Assembly (NCBI GenBank): GCA_044222065.1
Contig: JBGAOA010000024.1
Coordinates: 1-54,657 of the forward strand
DNA from: Candidatus Eiseniibacteriota bacterium
Lineage (GTDB): Bacteria > Eisenbacteria > RBG-16-71-46
Length of the DNA: 54,657 bases
Direction of reading: 5' to 3'
The notes under the pieces are model-generated. The model was not told the DNA's origin and did not search any database. It worked only from the letters and a program-made list of their open reading frames with translations. Of this stretch, positions 30,818 to 40,301 are shown in pieces (positions within the stretch are counted from its first letter, which is position 1; every line of letters begins with the position of its first letter). A program made the position numbers and the translations under genes.

Positions 30818-30872
30818 GTCGCGGCTCATTGCGTTGAGGTCCGCTGTCGGATCGACTGGAGAGGTTGACACC

Positions 30873-33623
30873 ATGTTCTTGAAAGGAATGCGCTTGCTCA
30901 CGCCGCTGTGCGCACTGGCGCTGGGTGCGTTGCTGGCCGTGCCGGCCTTCGCGCAGCAGCCGGTCCGACCCGCGGCACCCGCCGCCTCCACGTTCGGAAA
31001 GGTGAGCGGCCGGGTCACGGAGCGCGGGAAGGACCCCGTCGCGTTCGCCAACGTCGTCGTCCTCGGCACCAAGCAGGGCACGATGACGGACGAGAACGGA
31101 AACTTCGTCATCCTCGGCGTTCCGGTCGGGGCGGTGCAGATCCAGGCGCAGGCGATCGGCTTCGACAAGCAGGTCCAGACCGTCCAGGTGAGCGCCGGAC
31201 AGACCGCGATCGCGAACTTCAACTTCGGCGAGTCGAAGGTCGTGAAGCAGATGGAAGAGATCGAGGTGCGCGCTGAGAAGCGCATCGACACCAAATCTTC
31301 GACGACCAAGCAGAACATCACCGCCGAGAAGCTCAAGGAGATCCCGGTGGACAACCTGCGCGAAGCGGTCGGAACCAAGGCCGGCGTCGTCGCGCAGGGC
31401 GGGGAGCTGCACTTCCGCGGCGGGCGCGGCGGCGAGGTGAAGTTCCAGTTCGACGGCGTCGAAGTTTCGGACCCGCTGCTCGGTCGCGGCGCGAACATCG
31501 CGAACCTCGCGGTCGCCGGCACCGAGATCCTGTCGGGCGGATTCGATGCGGAGTTCGGGAACGCGCTCTCGGGCGTCGTGAACGTCAGCACGCGCGAAGG
31601 CACCGACCGCTTCGGCGGCGAGGTGCGCTGGGACACCGACCGATACGGTGATCCCACGAAGACGTTCGACAACTACGACCGCTTCACGTTCGGCTTCGGC
31701 GGTCCGACGCCGGTGAAGAACCTGACCTACTTCGCGACCTACGAGGGCAGCTTCCAGGACACCTACCTGCGCTCGTCGCTGACGCGGCCGAGCACGACGC
31801 TGTTCGACTTCCTGCGCTTCGGCAATCGGCAGGACAACGTCGTGAACACGAACCTCAAGTTCGCCTACCGCGTGAACCCGAAGAACAAGGTGACGTGGGA
31901 GACGATCAACAACCACACGATCCGCACCCCGTACAACCACATGTGGAGCCGGAAGGGCTTCGTGAAGGTGGAGTACGACACGACCGCCGGCGTCAACGGC
32001 GCCCCCGACACGTACACGCCGGTGTACGGCGCCTGGTCGGGCACGCAGGTGGATTCGACCTACCTGCCGATGAACTTGCCCGATCACATGCCGACGCTCG
32101 ACGACCGCTACCGCCAGTACACGGCGGTGTGGACGAGCCAGCTGTCCGACAAGACGGTGTGGTCCACGCGCGCCTCGAATTTCCGCTTCCGCACGCGCTC
32201 CTCGGTCGGTCGCAAGGAACCGTGGGAGTACGACACGCAGAGCCCGTTCTACTGGTCGGGCAACACCGTCGTCGAAAGCGAGAACAACCCGTACTTCGCG
32301 ACGCACGGCGACTTCCCGCGCTACACGAAGCGCGACGCCTCGACGTGGACGCTCAAGAGCGACATGTCCACGCGCCACTGGCGGGCGCACACGTTCAAGA
32401 CCGGTCTCGAGGCGAAGTACAACCGCGTCGAGAACCTCGACCTCACGCTGCCGAACGTCGAGACGAACGGTCTGCCGGGCGGCTCGCGCTCGAGCTACGT
32501 GAACTTCAATCCCGAAGGCGCGGCGTACGTTCAGGACCGGTGGGAGTTCGAAGGTCTGGTGCTGAACGCCGGCGTCCGCTACGACCTCTTCACGCCGGGC
32601 GAGCAGATCACCGATTCCGACCTCAAGAGCGGGGTTCGCTACAAGCAGCAGTTCAGCCCGCGGCTCGGCATCGCGTACCCGATCTCGGACAAGGACGTGC
32701 TGAGCTTCCACTACGGCTGGACCTACCAGACGCCGTCGCGGAACTTCGTGTTCGAGAACCGCGGCGTCACGACGTCGGTGGCCGTGCGCGGCAACCCGGA
32801 CCTCGAGCCCGAGACGAACATTGCGTACCAGGCGGGCGTGCAGCACTTGTTCTCGCGCGACGTCTCGGGGCAGTTCGCGGTGTTCTTCAAGGACATCTAC
32901 GGGCTGATCACCGTGCGCCAGGAGAAGGACCAGTTCGGAAACCTGGTGCAGGCCTACTACAACGGCGACTACGCGAGCTCGCGCGGCTTCGAGGCGAGCA
33001 TCATCAAGAGCTTCAGCCACAAGTTCTCGGCCGAAGTGAACTACACGTACTCGCTCGCGACCGGCGTGTCGTCGGATCCGAACTCCGCGCTCCAGTTCTT
33101 CAACGGCGGCCGGCTCTACCTGCCGATCTCGGAGCAGCCGCTCGACTGGGACCAGCGCAACACGGTCAGCATGCAGGCGGTCGTGCGCGACCCGGGCAAG
33201 TGGGGCTTCCGCATGCTGTGGACGTACGGCTCGGGCTTCCCGTTCACGCCGGCGTTCCGCAACGACCGTCGCCCGGACCCGGCGCTCACGAACACGCGCC
33301 GTCAGCCGTCCGTCACGCGCCTCACGATCGACGGCGACAAGTACTACAAGATCTGGGGCCAGAACGTGACGCTGTTCTTCGACGCCCGCAACGTGCTCGA
33401 CGCGCTGAACCTTGCGAGCATCACCCAGGGCGCGTTCCCGAACCAGAACGTGAACCTCGCGGGTGACGACTACACGATCTACTACACCGAGACGGGTCGC
33501 GCCGGCGGCGCGTACCTGCAGGACATCAACGGCGACAATCTCCTGGATTGGGTTCCGGTCCACGATCCGCGCGTCTTCGAAGAAGGTCGGAACGTGCGGC
33601 TCGGCGTGAGCGTGACCTTCTAG
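30873..33623 (+). CDS. TonB-dependent receptor-like protein with N-terminal carboxypeptidase-regulatory-like domain
   Basis: Signal peptide; GTMTDENGNF; plug HFRGGRGGE and SGGFDAEFGNALSGVVN; AGVRYD, FSPRLG, GNPDLEPE; C-terminal VSVTF. Confidence 0.9.
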   Translation: MFLKGMRLLTPLCALALGALLAVPAFAQQPVRPAAPAASTFGKVSGRVTERGKDPVAFANVVVLGTKQGTMTDENGNFVILGVPVGAVQIQAQAIGFDKQVQTVQVSAGQTAIANFNFGESKVVKQMEEIEVRAEKRIDTKSSTTKQNITAEKLKEIPVDNLREAVGTKAGVVAQGGELHFRGGRGGEVKFQFDGVEVSDPLLGRGANIANLAVAGTEILSGGFDAEFGNALSGVVNVSTREGTDRFGGEVRWDTDRYGDPTKTFDNYDRFTFGFGGPTPVKNLTYFATYEGSFQDTYLRSSLTRPSTTLFDFLRFGNRQDNVVNTNLKFAYRVNPKNKVTWETINNHTIRTPYNHMWSRKGFVKVEYDTTAGVNGAPDTYTPVYGAWSGTQVDSTYLPMNLPDHMPTLDDRYRQYTAVWTSQLSDKTVWSTRASNFRFRTRSSVGRKEPWEYDTQSPFYWSGNTVVESENNPYFATHGDFPRYTKRDASTWTLKSDMSTRHWRAHTFKTGLEAKYNRVENLDLTLPNVETNGLPGGSRSSYVNFNPEGAAYVQDRWEFEGLVLNAGVRYDLFTPGEQITDSDLKSGVRYKQQFSPRLGIAYPISDKDVLSFHYGWTYQTPSRNFVFENRGVTTSVAVRGNPDLEPETNIAYQAGVQHLFSRDVSGQFAVFFKDIYGLITVRQEKDQFGNLVQAYYNGDYASSRGFEASIIKSFSHKFSAEVNYTYSLATGVSSDPNSALQFFNGGRLYLPISEQPLDWDQRNTVSMQAVVRDPGKWGFRMLWTYGSGFPFTPAFRNDRRPDPALTNTRRQPSVTRLTIDGDKYYKIWGQNVTLFFDARNVLDALNLASITQGAFPNQNVNLAGDDYTIYYTETGRAGGAYLQDINGDNLLDWVPVHDPRVFEEGRNVRLGVSVTF

Positions 33624-33644
33624 GCCGAAGGCAGGCGAGGACGA

Positions 33645-36605
33645 ATGAACTCCAGAATCGAACGGTGGGCGAGCGTCGGGGCGGTGGTCGTGGCCCTGAG
33701 CCTCGCGGCGGCGGGCCCGACGCTCGCCGAAGGCGACGAGTTCTTCCGCAAGCCGATGCCCGAGGACGGTCTCTCCGCAGACCAGGTGCGGGCCGCGTTC
33801 CCCGAGCTGTTCGGGGGCGGCAAGGGGCGCAACAGCACCATGGCGGTGCCGGACATCTTCGGCCACGGCGCGGTGCTCGACGTGGGCAAGCTGGTCATGA
33901 AGGTCACGAACTTCGGCCTGTTCGGAAACCCGTTCAACACGGTTTCGAGCGATCCGTCGTGCCAGTGGCCGGGACAGTCGAGCGTCGAGTACATGAACTT
34001 CGTCGCGCTCGCGGTCGGCGCGGTGAATCCCCAGGCGACCGACCCGAACGCGATCCGGCGCGTGAGCTACGGCGGCCTCTTCGAAATGCGGCCGGCGACG
34101 CTCAACCCCGAGGACAAGATCTACCCGGCCTACGACGGCGTCGTGAACGGCGTGCGATTCCTCAACGACGATAGCGACGTGCTCGTGACCCAGACGGGAA
34201 CCGAGCAGCTCATCGACGAGGACTTCCTCGACGGTCACGACAACGACGGCGACGGTCGCATCGACGAGGACTTCGGCGCGGTCGGCCAGAAGATGTTCTC
34301 GCTCGTGATGCGCGACGACACGCCCGAGTCCATCAACTTCGCGCAGGCCGAGAAGCACGTGCCGCTCGGCCTCGAGATTCGCAACCGCTCCTGGGCGTAC
34401 TCGCTGTCCCAGTTCGAGAACTTCAACGTCGTGGACTACGAGATCCTCAACGTCTCGGGCCACGAACTCGACAGCCTCGTCGTCGGCTTCCGCTTCGACA
34501 TGGACTGCGGTCCGACGACCGACCCGAGCTACTTCAACGACGACTTCGACCTGCCGTTCTACCCGCAGGGCAAGTTCCAGTACCACCTGCCCGATCAGGA
34601 CTCGCGTCGCCAGACGCTGCATTCGCCTTCGCTGTACTCGGTCTATCCGGCCGGCTCGCCGCTGTGCACCGATCTCAACATCCAGATCAACGGCTTCTCG
34701 CTCTCGGACGACAACGGCGACGAAGGCAAGACGACCGGCGTTCCGTCGGTGCTGCTGTTCGACATGACGACCGATCCGCTCGGCATCAACGCGCCGTCGC
34801 GCGTCGGCTGGCGCGCGTACCGCCAGTTCCCGTCGGGCACGCCGTACACGCAGGGCGGCAATCCGACGATCGACCAGCAGCGCTTCGAGTTCATGACGAG
34901 CCAGCAGGGCATCGATCTCGAGAATCCCGAGAACATCACGGACAAGACGAACAACTACGGCCTGATCAACGCCGAGCAGGGCGATCAGAAGAGCGACTAT
35001 TCGGGCTGGATCTCGGTCGGTCCGTACCTCGTGGTGCCGAACGGCGGCAGCGTGAGAGTGACGATCGGCATGGCGGTCGCGACGGGCAGCTACCAGCTCG
35101 CGAACCGCTACCCCGGCGAATACCGCCGCTACCAGGCGGGCCTCATCACGCAGGAAGCGTTGTTCGAGCAGTTCCCCTCGGTCGAGAACGCGTTCACGGC
35201 GCAGGTGGCGTTCGAAGGCATCTGGGAGCGCCGCGGCGGCTTCCACGTCACGACGTTCCACGGCCGCGAATCCGAGATCTGCGTGCCGATCACCGGCCAG
35301 ACGCAGTTCTTCGCGGACTGCCGCGATGGCGACAACATGCGTTCGATCCAGGCCGGTCAGTGCGCGTGGTTCGACTTCGACTGCGACTACTGCTCCGGTG
35401 TCTACGACTTCGGCAACGGCGTGGGCCTCTTCCACAAGACCTGGAACGCCTCGGCGCCGCCGCCGAACCCGAACACGAACGTCGCGACGAACTACAACTT
35501 CACGGACAATCCGAATCGCGAATTCGCTCCGGCCGGCGACGGTCAGGTGCTGATCGCATGGGACAACCTGTCCGAGACTTCGCCCGACCCGTCCGACTCT
35601 CGCGAGTTCGATTTCCGCACCTACAAGATCTGGAAGGTGTCGGGGTGGACGCGGCCGGTCGGCTCGCCCGGCCCCGCGGACGACCAGTGGGCGCTGCTCG
35701 CCGAGTTCCGCCTGTTCGACTTCCGCAACGATCGCTCGCACCTTCCGATCCCGGACAACCGCTACTGGAAGCGCATCAGCGCCACCGAGTCCACGCTCGT
35801 CTGCCCGCGCGTGTGGGTTCCCCAGAAGAACGACTCGATGGACATCTGCCTCAAGCGCGGCGACCTGTGGGATCGCCAGAGCGGGACGATCCTCCGCCCG
35901 GACACGACGATCCAGTGCACGGGCTATCCGAATTGCGAGACCGAGCACGGCAACGCTCCGGGCTATTCGCGTGCGCCGCTCGTGATCGAGGAGACGCGCA
36001 CGAAGTACCCGGTCGGCCGCTACCGCTACGTGGACCGTGAGGTCAAGAACGGTTTCCTCTACTTCTACGCGGTGACCGCCGCGGATTCGTCGGTGTCGTC
36101 GAGCGGTGTCGCGACCGAGCTCGAGGGCCGGCGCGCGGCCGTGGAGGCCGAAGGCGTCGTCCCGCAGATCTCCGCGCGCGCGCTCGGCGCGGGCGGCAAG
36201 GTGAGGGTCGTGCCGAATCCGTACAAGGGTTTCCAGGATCCGACCGCGCGTCCGTCCTCGTGGGACCTCACGCCGAACGCCTCCGATCCGACGGGTACTC
36301 ACGTGGACTTCATCGGATTGCCCTTGGGGCGGTGGACGATCCGCATCTACACCGTCTCGGGCGACCTCGTCACCGAACTCCACTCGGAGGATCCGGTGAA
36401 CGAATCGGTGCGCGCCGAGGTGTCGCTGCCGAGCGGTCAGGTCGTGCCCGGGTACAACCGACAGCAGGACACCGCGAACGACGGCCAGGCACGCTGGAAT
36501 CTCATTTCCCGCAACGGCCAGGACGTCGTCAGCGGGATCTACATCTTCACGGTCGAGGCCGAGAACGGCGACGTCGAGCGTGGCAAGTTCGTGGTGATTC
36601 GATGA
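33645..36605 (+). CDS. Large secreted Cys-rich protein with T9SS/FlgD-like C-terminal domain
   Basis: Signal peptide; TNFG; DGHDNDGDGRIDED; FnIII-like YVDREVKNGFLYFYAVTA; CTD VVPNPY...IRIYTVSGDLV...WNL...SGIYIFTV...GKFVVIR; 12 Cys. Confidence 0.85.
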   Translation: MNSRIERWASVGAVVVALSLAAAGPTLAEGDEFFRKPMPEDGLSADQVRAAFPELFGGGKGRNSTMAVPDIFGHGAVLDVGKLVMKVTNFGLFGNPFNTVSSDPSCQWPGQSSVEYMNFVALAVGAVNPQATDPNAIRRVSYGGLFEMRPATLNPEDKIYPAYDGVVNGVRFLNDDSDVLVTQTGTEQLIDEDFLDGHDNDGDGRIDEDFGAVGQKMFSLVMRDDTPESINFAQAEKHVPLGLEIRNRSWAYSLSQFENFNVVDYEILNVSGHELDSLVVGFRFDMDCGPTTDPSYFNDDFDLPFYPQGKFQYHLPDQDSRRQTLHSPSLYSVYPAGSPLCTDLNIQINGFSLSDDNGDEGKTTGVPSVLLFDMTTDPLGINAPSRVGWRAYRQFPSGTPYTQGGNPTIDQQRFEFMTSQQGIDLENPENITDKTNNYGLINAEQGDQKSDYSGWISVGPYLVVPNGGSVRVTIGMAVATGSYQLANRYPGEYRRYQAGLITQEALFEQFPSVENAFTAQVAFEGIWERRGGFHVTTFHGRESEICVPITGQTQFFADCRDGDNMRSIQAGQCAWFDFDCDYCSGVYDFGNGVGLFHKTWNASAPPPNPNTNVATNYNFTDNPNREFAPAGDGQVLIAWDNLSETSPDPSDSREFDFRTYKIWKVSGWTRPVGSPGPADDQWALLAEFRLFDFRNDRSHLPIPDNRYWKRISATESTLVCPRVWVPQKNDSMDICLKRGDLWDRQSGTILRPDTTIQCTGYPNCETEHGNAPGYSRAPLVIEETRTKYPVGRYRYVDREVKNGFLYFYAVTAADSSVSSSGVATELEGRRAAVEAEGVVPQISARALGAGGKVRVVPNPYKGFQDPTARPSSWDLTPNASDPTGTHVDFIGLPLGRWTIRIYTVSGDLVTELHSEDPVNESVRAEVSLPSGQVVPGYNRQQDTANDGQARWNLISRNGQDVVSGIYIFTVEAENGDVERGKFVVIR

Positions 36606-36631
36606 GACCGGATGAGCGAAGGAGGAACCCA

Positions 36632-37576
36632 GTGAAGAGAGCGATCGCGGTCCTGTGCCTGTCCGGCCTGCTGGTCCCCGGACTCGCCGGTGCCGCCAAC
36701 ATCTTCGAAAAGGTCGGGACGTTCGACGGGCAGTTCCTGAAGATCGGCGTCGGCGCACGCGCGTCGGCGATGGGCGGTGCGTTCGTCGGCGTCGCCGACG
36801 ACGCGTCGGCGATCTACTGGAACGCCGCCGGCATCACTCGCATCGATCCCGACAAGTCCGAGTTCAGCTTCAACCACGCGTTCTGGCCCGCGGACCTCAA
36901 GTTCACGCAGGCCGCGTACGTCTTCCACGTGAAGCGGTTCCCGGGGGCGTTCGGCGTCAACGTGCGCGCGCTGTACATGGACCCGATGGAAGAGACGACC
37001 GCGTTCCAGCCGAACGGCACGGGCAACACGTTCGACGCGGGCTACACGAGCGTCGGGTTCACGTACGCCCGTTCGTTCACCGACAAGTTCAGCGCCGGCG
37101 GAACGCTCAACATGATCCACCTCGGGCTCGCCGAGTTCTCGCAGCAGACGACGTCGTTCGACGTCGGCACGCTGTACGACGTCGGCACGCTCGGGATGCG
37201 CATCGGCATGTCGATCTCGAACATCGGCTCGACCGTGCAGTTCATCGAGCGCGAAGGCCGGATCCCCGGCATCTTCCGGGTCGGCACGTCGTTCAACCTG
37301 CTGCAGGGGGCGGACCAGCGCCTGATCGGCTCGTTCGAGTTCTCGCATCCGCCGGACAACTCGGAGCGCGTCAACGTGGGCGCCGAGTACTCGTTCCAGA
37401 AGTACCTGTTCGTGCGCGGCGGCTACAACGTCAACTACGACGCCGAGGGCCTCGCGGGAGGCATGGGTCTGCACGTCCCGGTGTCGATCGTCGGCCAGGC
37501 CGATGTCGACTACGCCTTCACCGACATGAAGGACCTGGGCGCGGCTCACCGCGTCTCGCTGAGGTTCCTGTTCTGA
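36632..37576 (+). CDS. PorV/PorQ-family (UPF0164-like) outer membrane barrel
   Basis: GGAGG RBS, GTG start; FLKIGVGARASAMGGAF, DDASAIYWN, FDVGTLY, GAEY...RGGY, DYAF, HRVSLRFLF. Confidence 0.85.
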   Translation: MKRAIAVLCLSGLLVPGLAGAANIFEKVGTFDGQFLKIGVGARASAMGGAFVGVADDASAIYWNAAGITRIDPDKSEFSFNHAFWPADLKFTQAAYVFHVKRFPGAFGVNVRALYMDPMEETTAFQPNGTGNTFDAGYTSVGFTYARSFTDKFSAGGTLNMIHLGLAEFSQQTTSFDVGTLYDVGTLGMRIGMSISNIGSTVQFIEREGRIPGIFRVGTSFNLLQGADQRLIGSFEFSHPPDNSERVNVGAEYSFQKYLFVRGGYNVNYDAEGLAGGMGLHVPVSIVGQADVDYAFTDMKDLGAAHRVSLRFLF

Positions 37577-37595
37577 TCCGCCTTCCGGTGGCGGA

Positions 37596-39086
37596 ATGAT
37601 TCGCTCCTTCGCTCATCCACGGACGCGCTCCCTCCGGGCGCGTCCGTTCTTTTTCGCGGCCGTGATCGCCCTCGCCGTCGCCGGAGCCTCGCCGGCCGTC
37701 GCGGCGCGACGCATCGAATGGCCCGGCGCCGTGCCCTGGAAGGTCGGCGGTCCCGTCGGCTTCACGGTGGACGCCGCGACGTTCCCCGACAGCGCGGGCT
37801 ACCGGCTCGATGTCTACGTGCGCCTGCGGCCGGCCATGATCGCCACGCTCGCCCGGGGTGAGCGGTTCGCGAACGGGCTCCGTTTGTCGGCCTCGCTCCA
37901 GCTCGATGGCAAGGGGCGCGCGGACGTGTTCGAGCAGACGCTCTCGTTCACCGCGGACGACACCCTTCCGGGCTTCGGGCGCGTCGTCCAGTTCAGTTTT
38001 CGCACGCACCCGGGCACGCACCGGCTGCGGGTGAGTGCCGAGGGGAAGCGCCGCCTGCTCGGCGGGGGCACGGGGCGGACCTCGGTGGCCGAGGTCGAGG
38101 GCGAAGTCGTGGCGCCCGACCCGCAGGCGCGGCGCGACGTGTCGGACCTCGAATTCGTGTGGTCGAGCGGCGATTCGGCGGTCTCGCGCGCGTTCGAGCG
38201 CGGGGGGACGCGCCGCGTGCCGAACCCGGAACGTCTCTACGGATTGCTCGCTCGCGAGGTCCGCGCGTCGTTCGTCGCGCGCGCGCTCGAGGGCGACGAG
38301 CGGCCGTGGCGCTGGGTCGCGCGCCTGCTCGATTCGACCGGTGCGACGATCGCGGTGCGCGAGACCACGGCCGCTCGCGGGCGCTGGCTCCACGGCGACG
38401 TCGAGTTCGACGTCGCGTCGGAGTCGTCGGGCGGGTACGAGATCGAAGTGAAGGCGTGGCAGGAGGGCGATCCCGGAGCGCTGACGCGCCGATCGCGCTT
38501 CAGCGTCGCGTGGCACCCCGAGACGTGGAACCGCAACCCGCGCGATCTTGAAGACGAAGCCCACTTCCTGCTCTCGCGCGAGGACGAGGACGAGTTCGCG
38601 ATGATGCTCGCCGGCGAGCAGGAGCGATACCTCGTGGACTTCTGGAAGCAGCGCGATCCCGATCCGTCGACCGGCGTGAACGAGGCACGGGAGAGGTTCC
38701 TCTCGCGCGTGGACTTCGCGAACCGCACCTACGGCCGCTTCGGAGTCGAGAAGGGCATGTTCTCGGACATGGGCCGCGTGTACATCCGCTACGGCGAGCC
38801 GAACGAAGTGCATCGTGCCGTGATGCCGGGCCGCGACAACGAACTCGAGCGCGTCATCGCGCAGTACATCACGCCCGAGGACCGGCCGGTCGGCGACATC
38901 GAGGACAAGCAGCTCGGCGCCGACATGCGCCCGTTCGAGCTGTGGATCTACCAGGGCGATCTCGCGCCGCCGCCCGACGCCGATCCCGGCGCGGGCGGGC
39001 TCCTGCACTTGCGCCGCCGCCTGCTGTTCCTGTTCGTGGACGAGCGCGGACTCGGCGACTACCGGCTCAAGTACTCGACGGAATGA
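37596..39086 (+). CDS. GWxTD domain-containing exported protein
   Basis: Signal peptide; FWKQRDPDPSTGVNE, RVDFAN, GMFSDMGRVYIRYGEP, ELWIY, FLFVDERGLGDY. Confidence 0.85.
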   Translation: MIRSFAHPRTRSLRARPFFFAAVIALAVAGASPAVAARRIEWPGAVPWKVGGPVGFTVDAATFPDSAGYRLDVYVRLRPAMIATLARGERFANGLRLSASLQLDGKGRADVFEQTLSFTADDTLPGFGRVVQFSFRTHPGTHRLRVSAEGKRRLLGGGTGRTSVAEVEGEVVAPDPQARRDVSDLEFVWSSGDSAVSRAFERGGTRRVPNPERLYGLLAREVRASFVARALEGDERPWRWVARLLDSTGATIAVRETTAARGRWLHGDVEFDVASESSGGYEIEVKAWQEGDPGALTRRSRFSVAWHPETWNRNPRDLEDEAHFLLSREDEDEFAMMLAGEQERYLVDFWKQRDPDPSTGVNEARERFLSRVDFANRTYGRFGVEKGMFSDMGRVYIRYGEPNEVHRAVMPGRDNELERVIAQYITPEDRPVGDIEDKQLGADMRPFELWIYQGDLAPPPDADPGAGGLLHLRRRLLFLFVDERGLGDYRLKYSTE

Positions 39087-39110
39087 CGCGCGAGCGCCGG
39101 CCCGGCGCGC

Positions 39111-39140
39111 TTGACCCTGTGACGGGCACGGCGGCATAGT
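39111..39140 (+). promoter_or_regulatory. Candidate promoter of the glycolytic operon
   Basis: TTGACC-N18-CATAGT. Confidence 0.4.
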
Positions 39141-39215
39141 CCGAGCGATTCCGCGCTCCCTGCGCTCGCACGATGCGAGCGGCCGCGGGCGCGGTGAACC
39201 TCGAAGAGTCCGGTC

Positions 39216-40250
39216 ATGCGTCTCGGAATCCTCACCGGCGGCGGCGATTGCCCCGGTCTGAACGCCGTCATCCGCGCGGTCGCCCGCCGGGTCCTGCGCG
39301 GTCACGACGGCCAGCTCGTCGGGTTCCTGGACGGCTGGAAGGGGCTCATCCAGAGCCGAACGCTCGAGCTCGACCTCGACACCGTCCGGGGCATCCTGCC
39401 TCGCGGGGGCACGATGCTCGGGACCTCGAGGACCGATCCGCTCCGCGAGTCCTCGGTCGTGAAGCTTCAGGACGCCTTCCGCCTCCACGAGATCGACGGA
39501 CTGCTCGTCTGCGGCGGCGAGGGCACGCTCGCTGCGGCGCTGCGGCTCAGCGAAGCCGGGCTTCCGATCATCGGCATCCCGAAGACCATCGACAACGACG
39601 TGCCCGGGACCGAGTACTCGTTCGGATTCGACACGGCGCTCGACACCGTCGTGCGCGCGGCGGACGCGCTCCACACGACGGCCGAATCGCACGACCGTGT
39701 CATGGTGCTCGAGACGATGGGGCGGACGACCGGCTGGCTCGCGGTGTGCGCCGGCATCGCCGGCGGCGCCGACGTCGTCGTCGCGCCGGAGGCGCCGACG
39801 AGCGTGCAGGCCGTGTGCGATCACATCCGCCGACGCGTCGCGCGCGGACGCGACTTCAGCATCGTGCTCGTCGCCGAAGGCGCCGAGTTCGTTCCGGACG
39901 CGGACGGATTCGTGCTGCAGGCGCCGGACCGCCGCGATCCGTTCGGCCGCCCGCGCTTCGGCGGCATCGGGGAATTGCTCGCTGGCGAGATCGAGCGGCG
40001 GCTCGGGATCGAGACGCGCACCGTGATCCTCGGCTACACGCAGCGTGGCGGGACGCCGACGGCGTTCGACCGGCTGCTCGGCACTCGCATGGGCGTCGCG
40101 GCCGCCGACTTCGCGGCCGCGGGGAAGTACGGAACGATGGTGAGCCTGCAGGGCGGGCGCATCGTCCCCGTGGACTTGAGCGTGATTCGACAGGGCGCAC
40201 GCCGGGTGGACCCCGAGCTGTACGCGTGCGCGCAGGTGTTTTTCGGCTGA
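39216..40250 (+). CDS. pfkA: 6-phosphofructokinase (PfkA family, group III-like)
   Basis: LTGGGDCPGLN, GGTMLGTSR, GGEGT, PKTIDND, ETMGR, QRGG. Confidence 0.94.
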   Translation: MRLGILTGGGDCPGLNAVIRAVARRVLRGHDGQLVGFLDGWKGLIQSRTLELDLDTVRGILPRGGTMLGTSRTDPLRESSVVKLQDAFRLHEIDGLLVCGGEGTLAAALRLSEAGLPIIGIPKTIDNDVPGTEYSFGFDTALDTVVRAADALHTTAESHDRVMVLETMGRTTGWLAVCAGIAGGADVVVAPEAPTSVQAVCDHIRRRVARGRDFSIVLVAEGAEFVPDADGFVLQAPDRRDPFGRPRFGGIGELLAGEIERRLGIETRTVILGYTQRGGTPTAFDRLLGTRMGVAAADFAAAGKYGTMVSLQGGRIVPVDLSVIRQGARRVDPELYACAQVFFG

Positions 40251-40301
40251 ACGACGCCGGACTCGGTTCCGGCTCTCGATCGAAACCCGGAGGAGGGGAC
40301 G

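Noticed and set aside
30747..36758. 2003-aa minus-strand ORF
   Set aside because: Antisense shadow of the TBDR and cargo genes. High-GC codon bias removes stops; Arg/Val/Ala-rich with no motifs.
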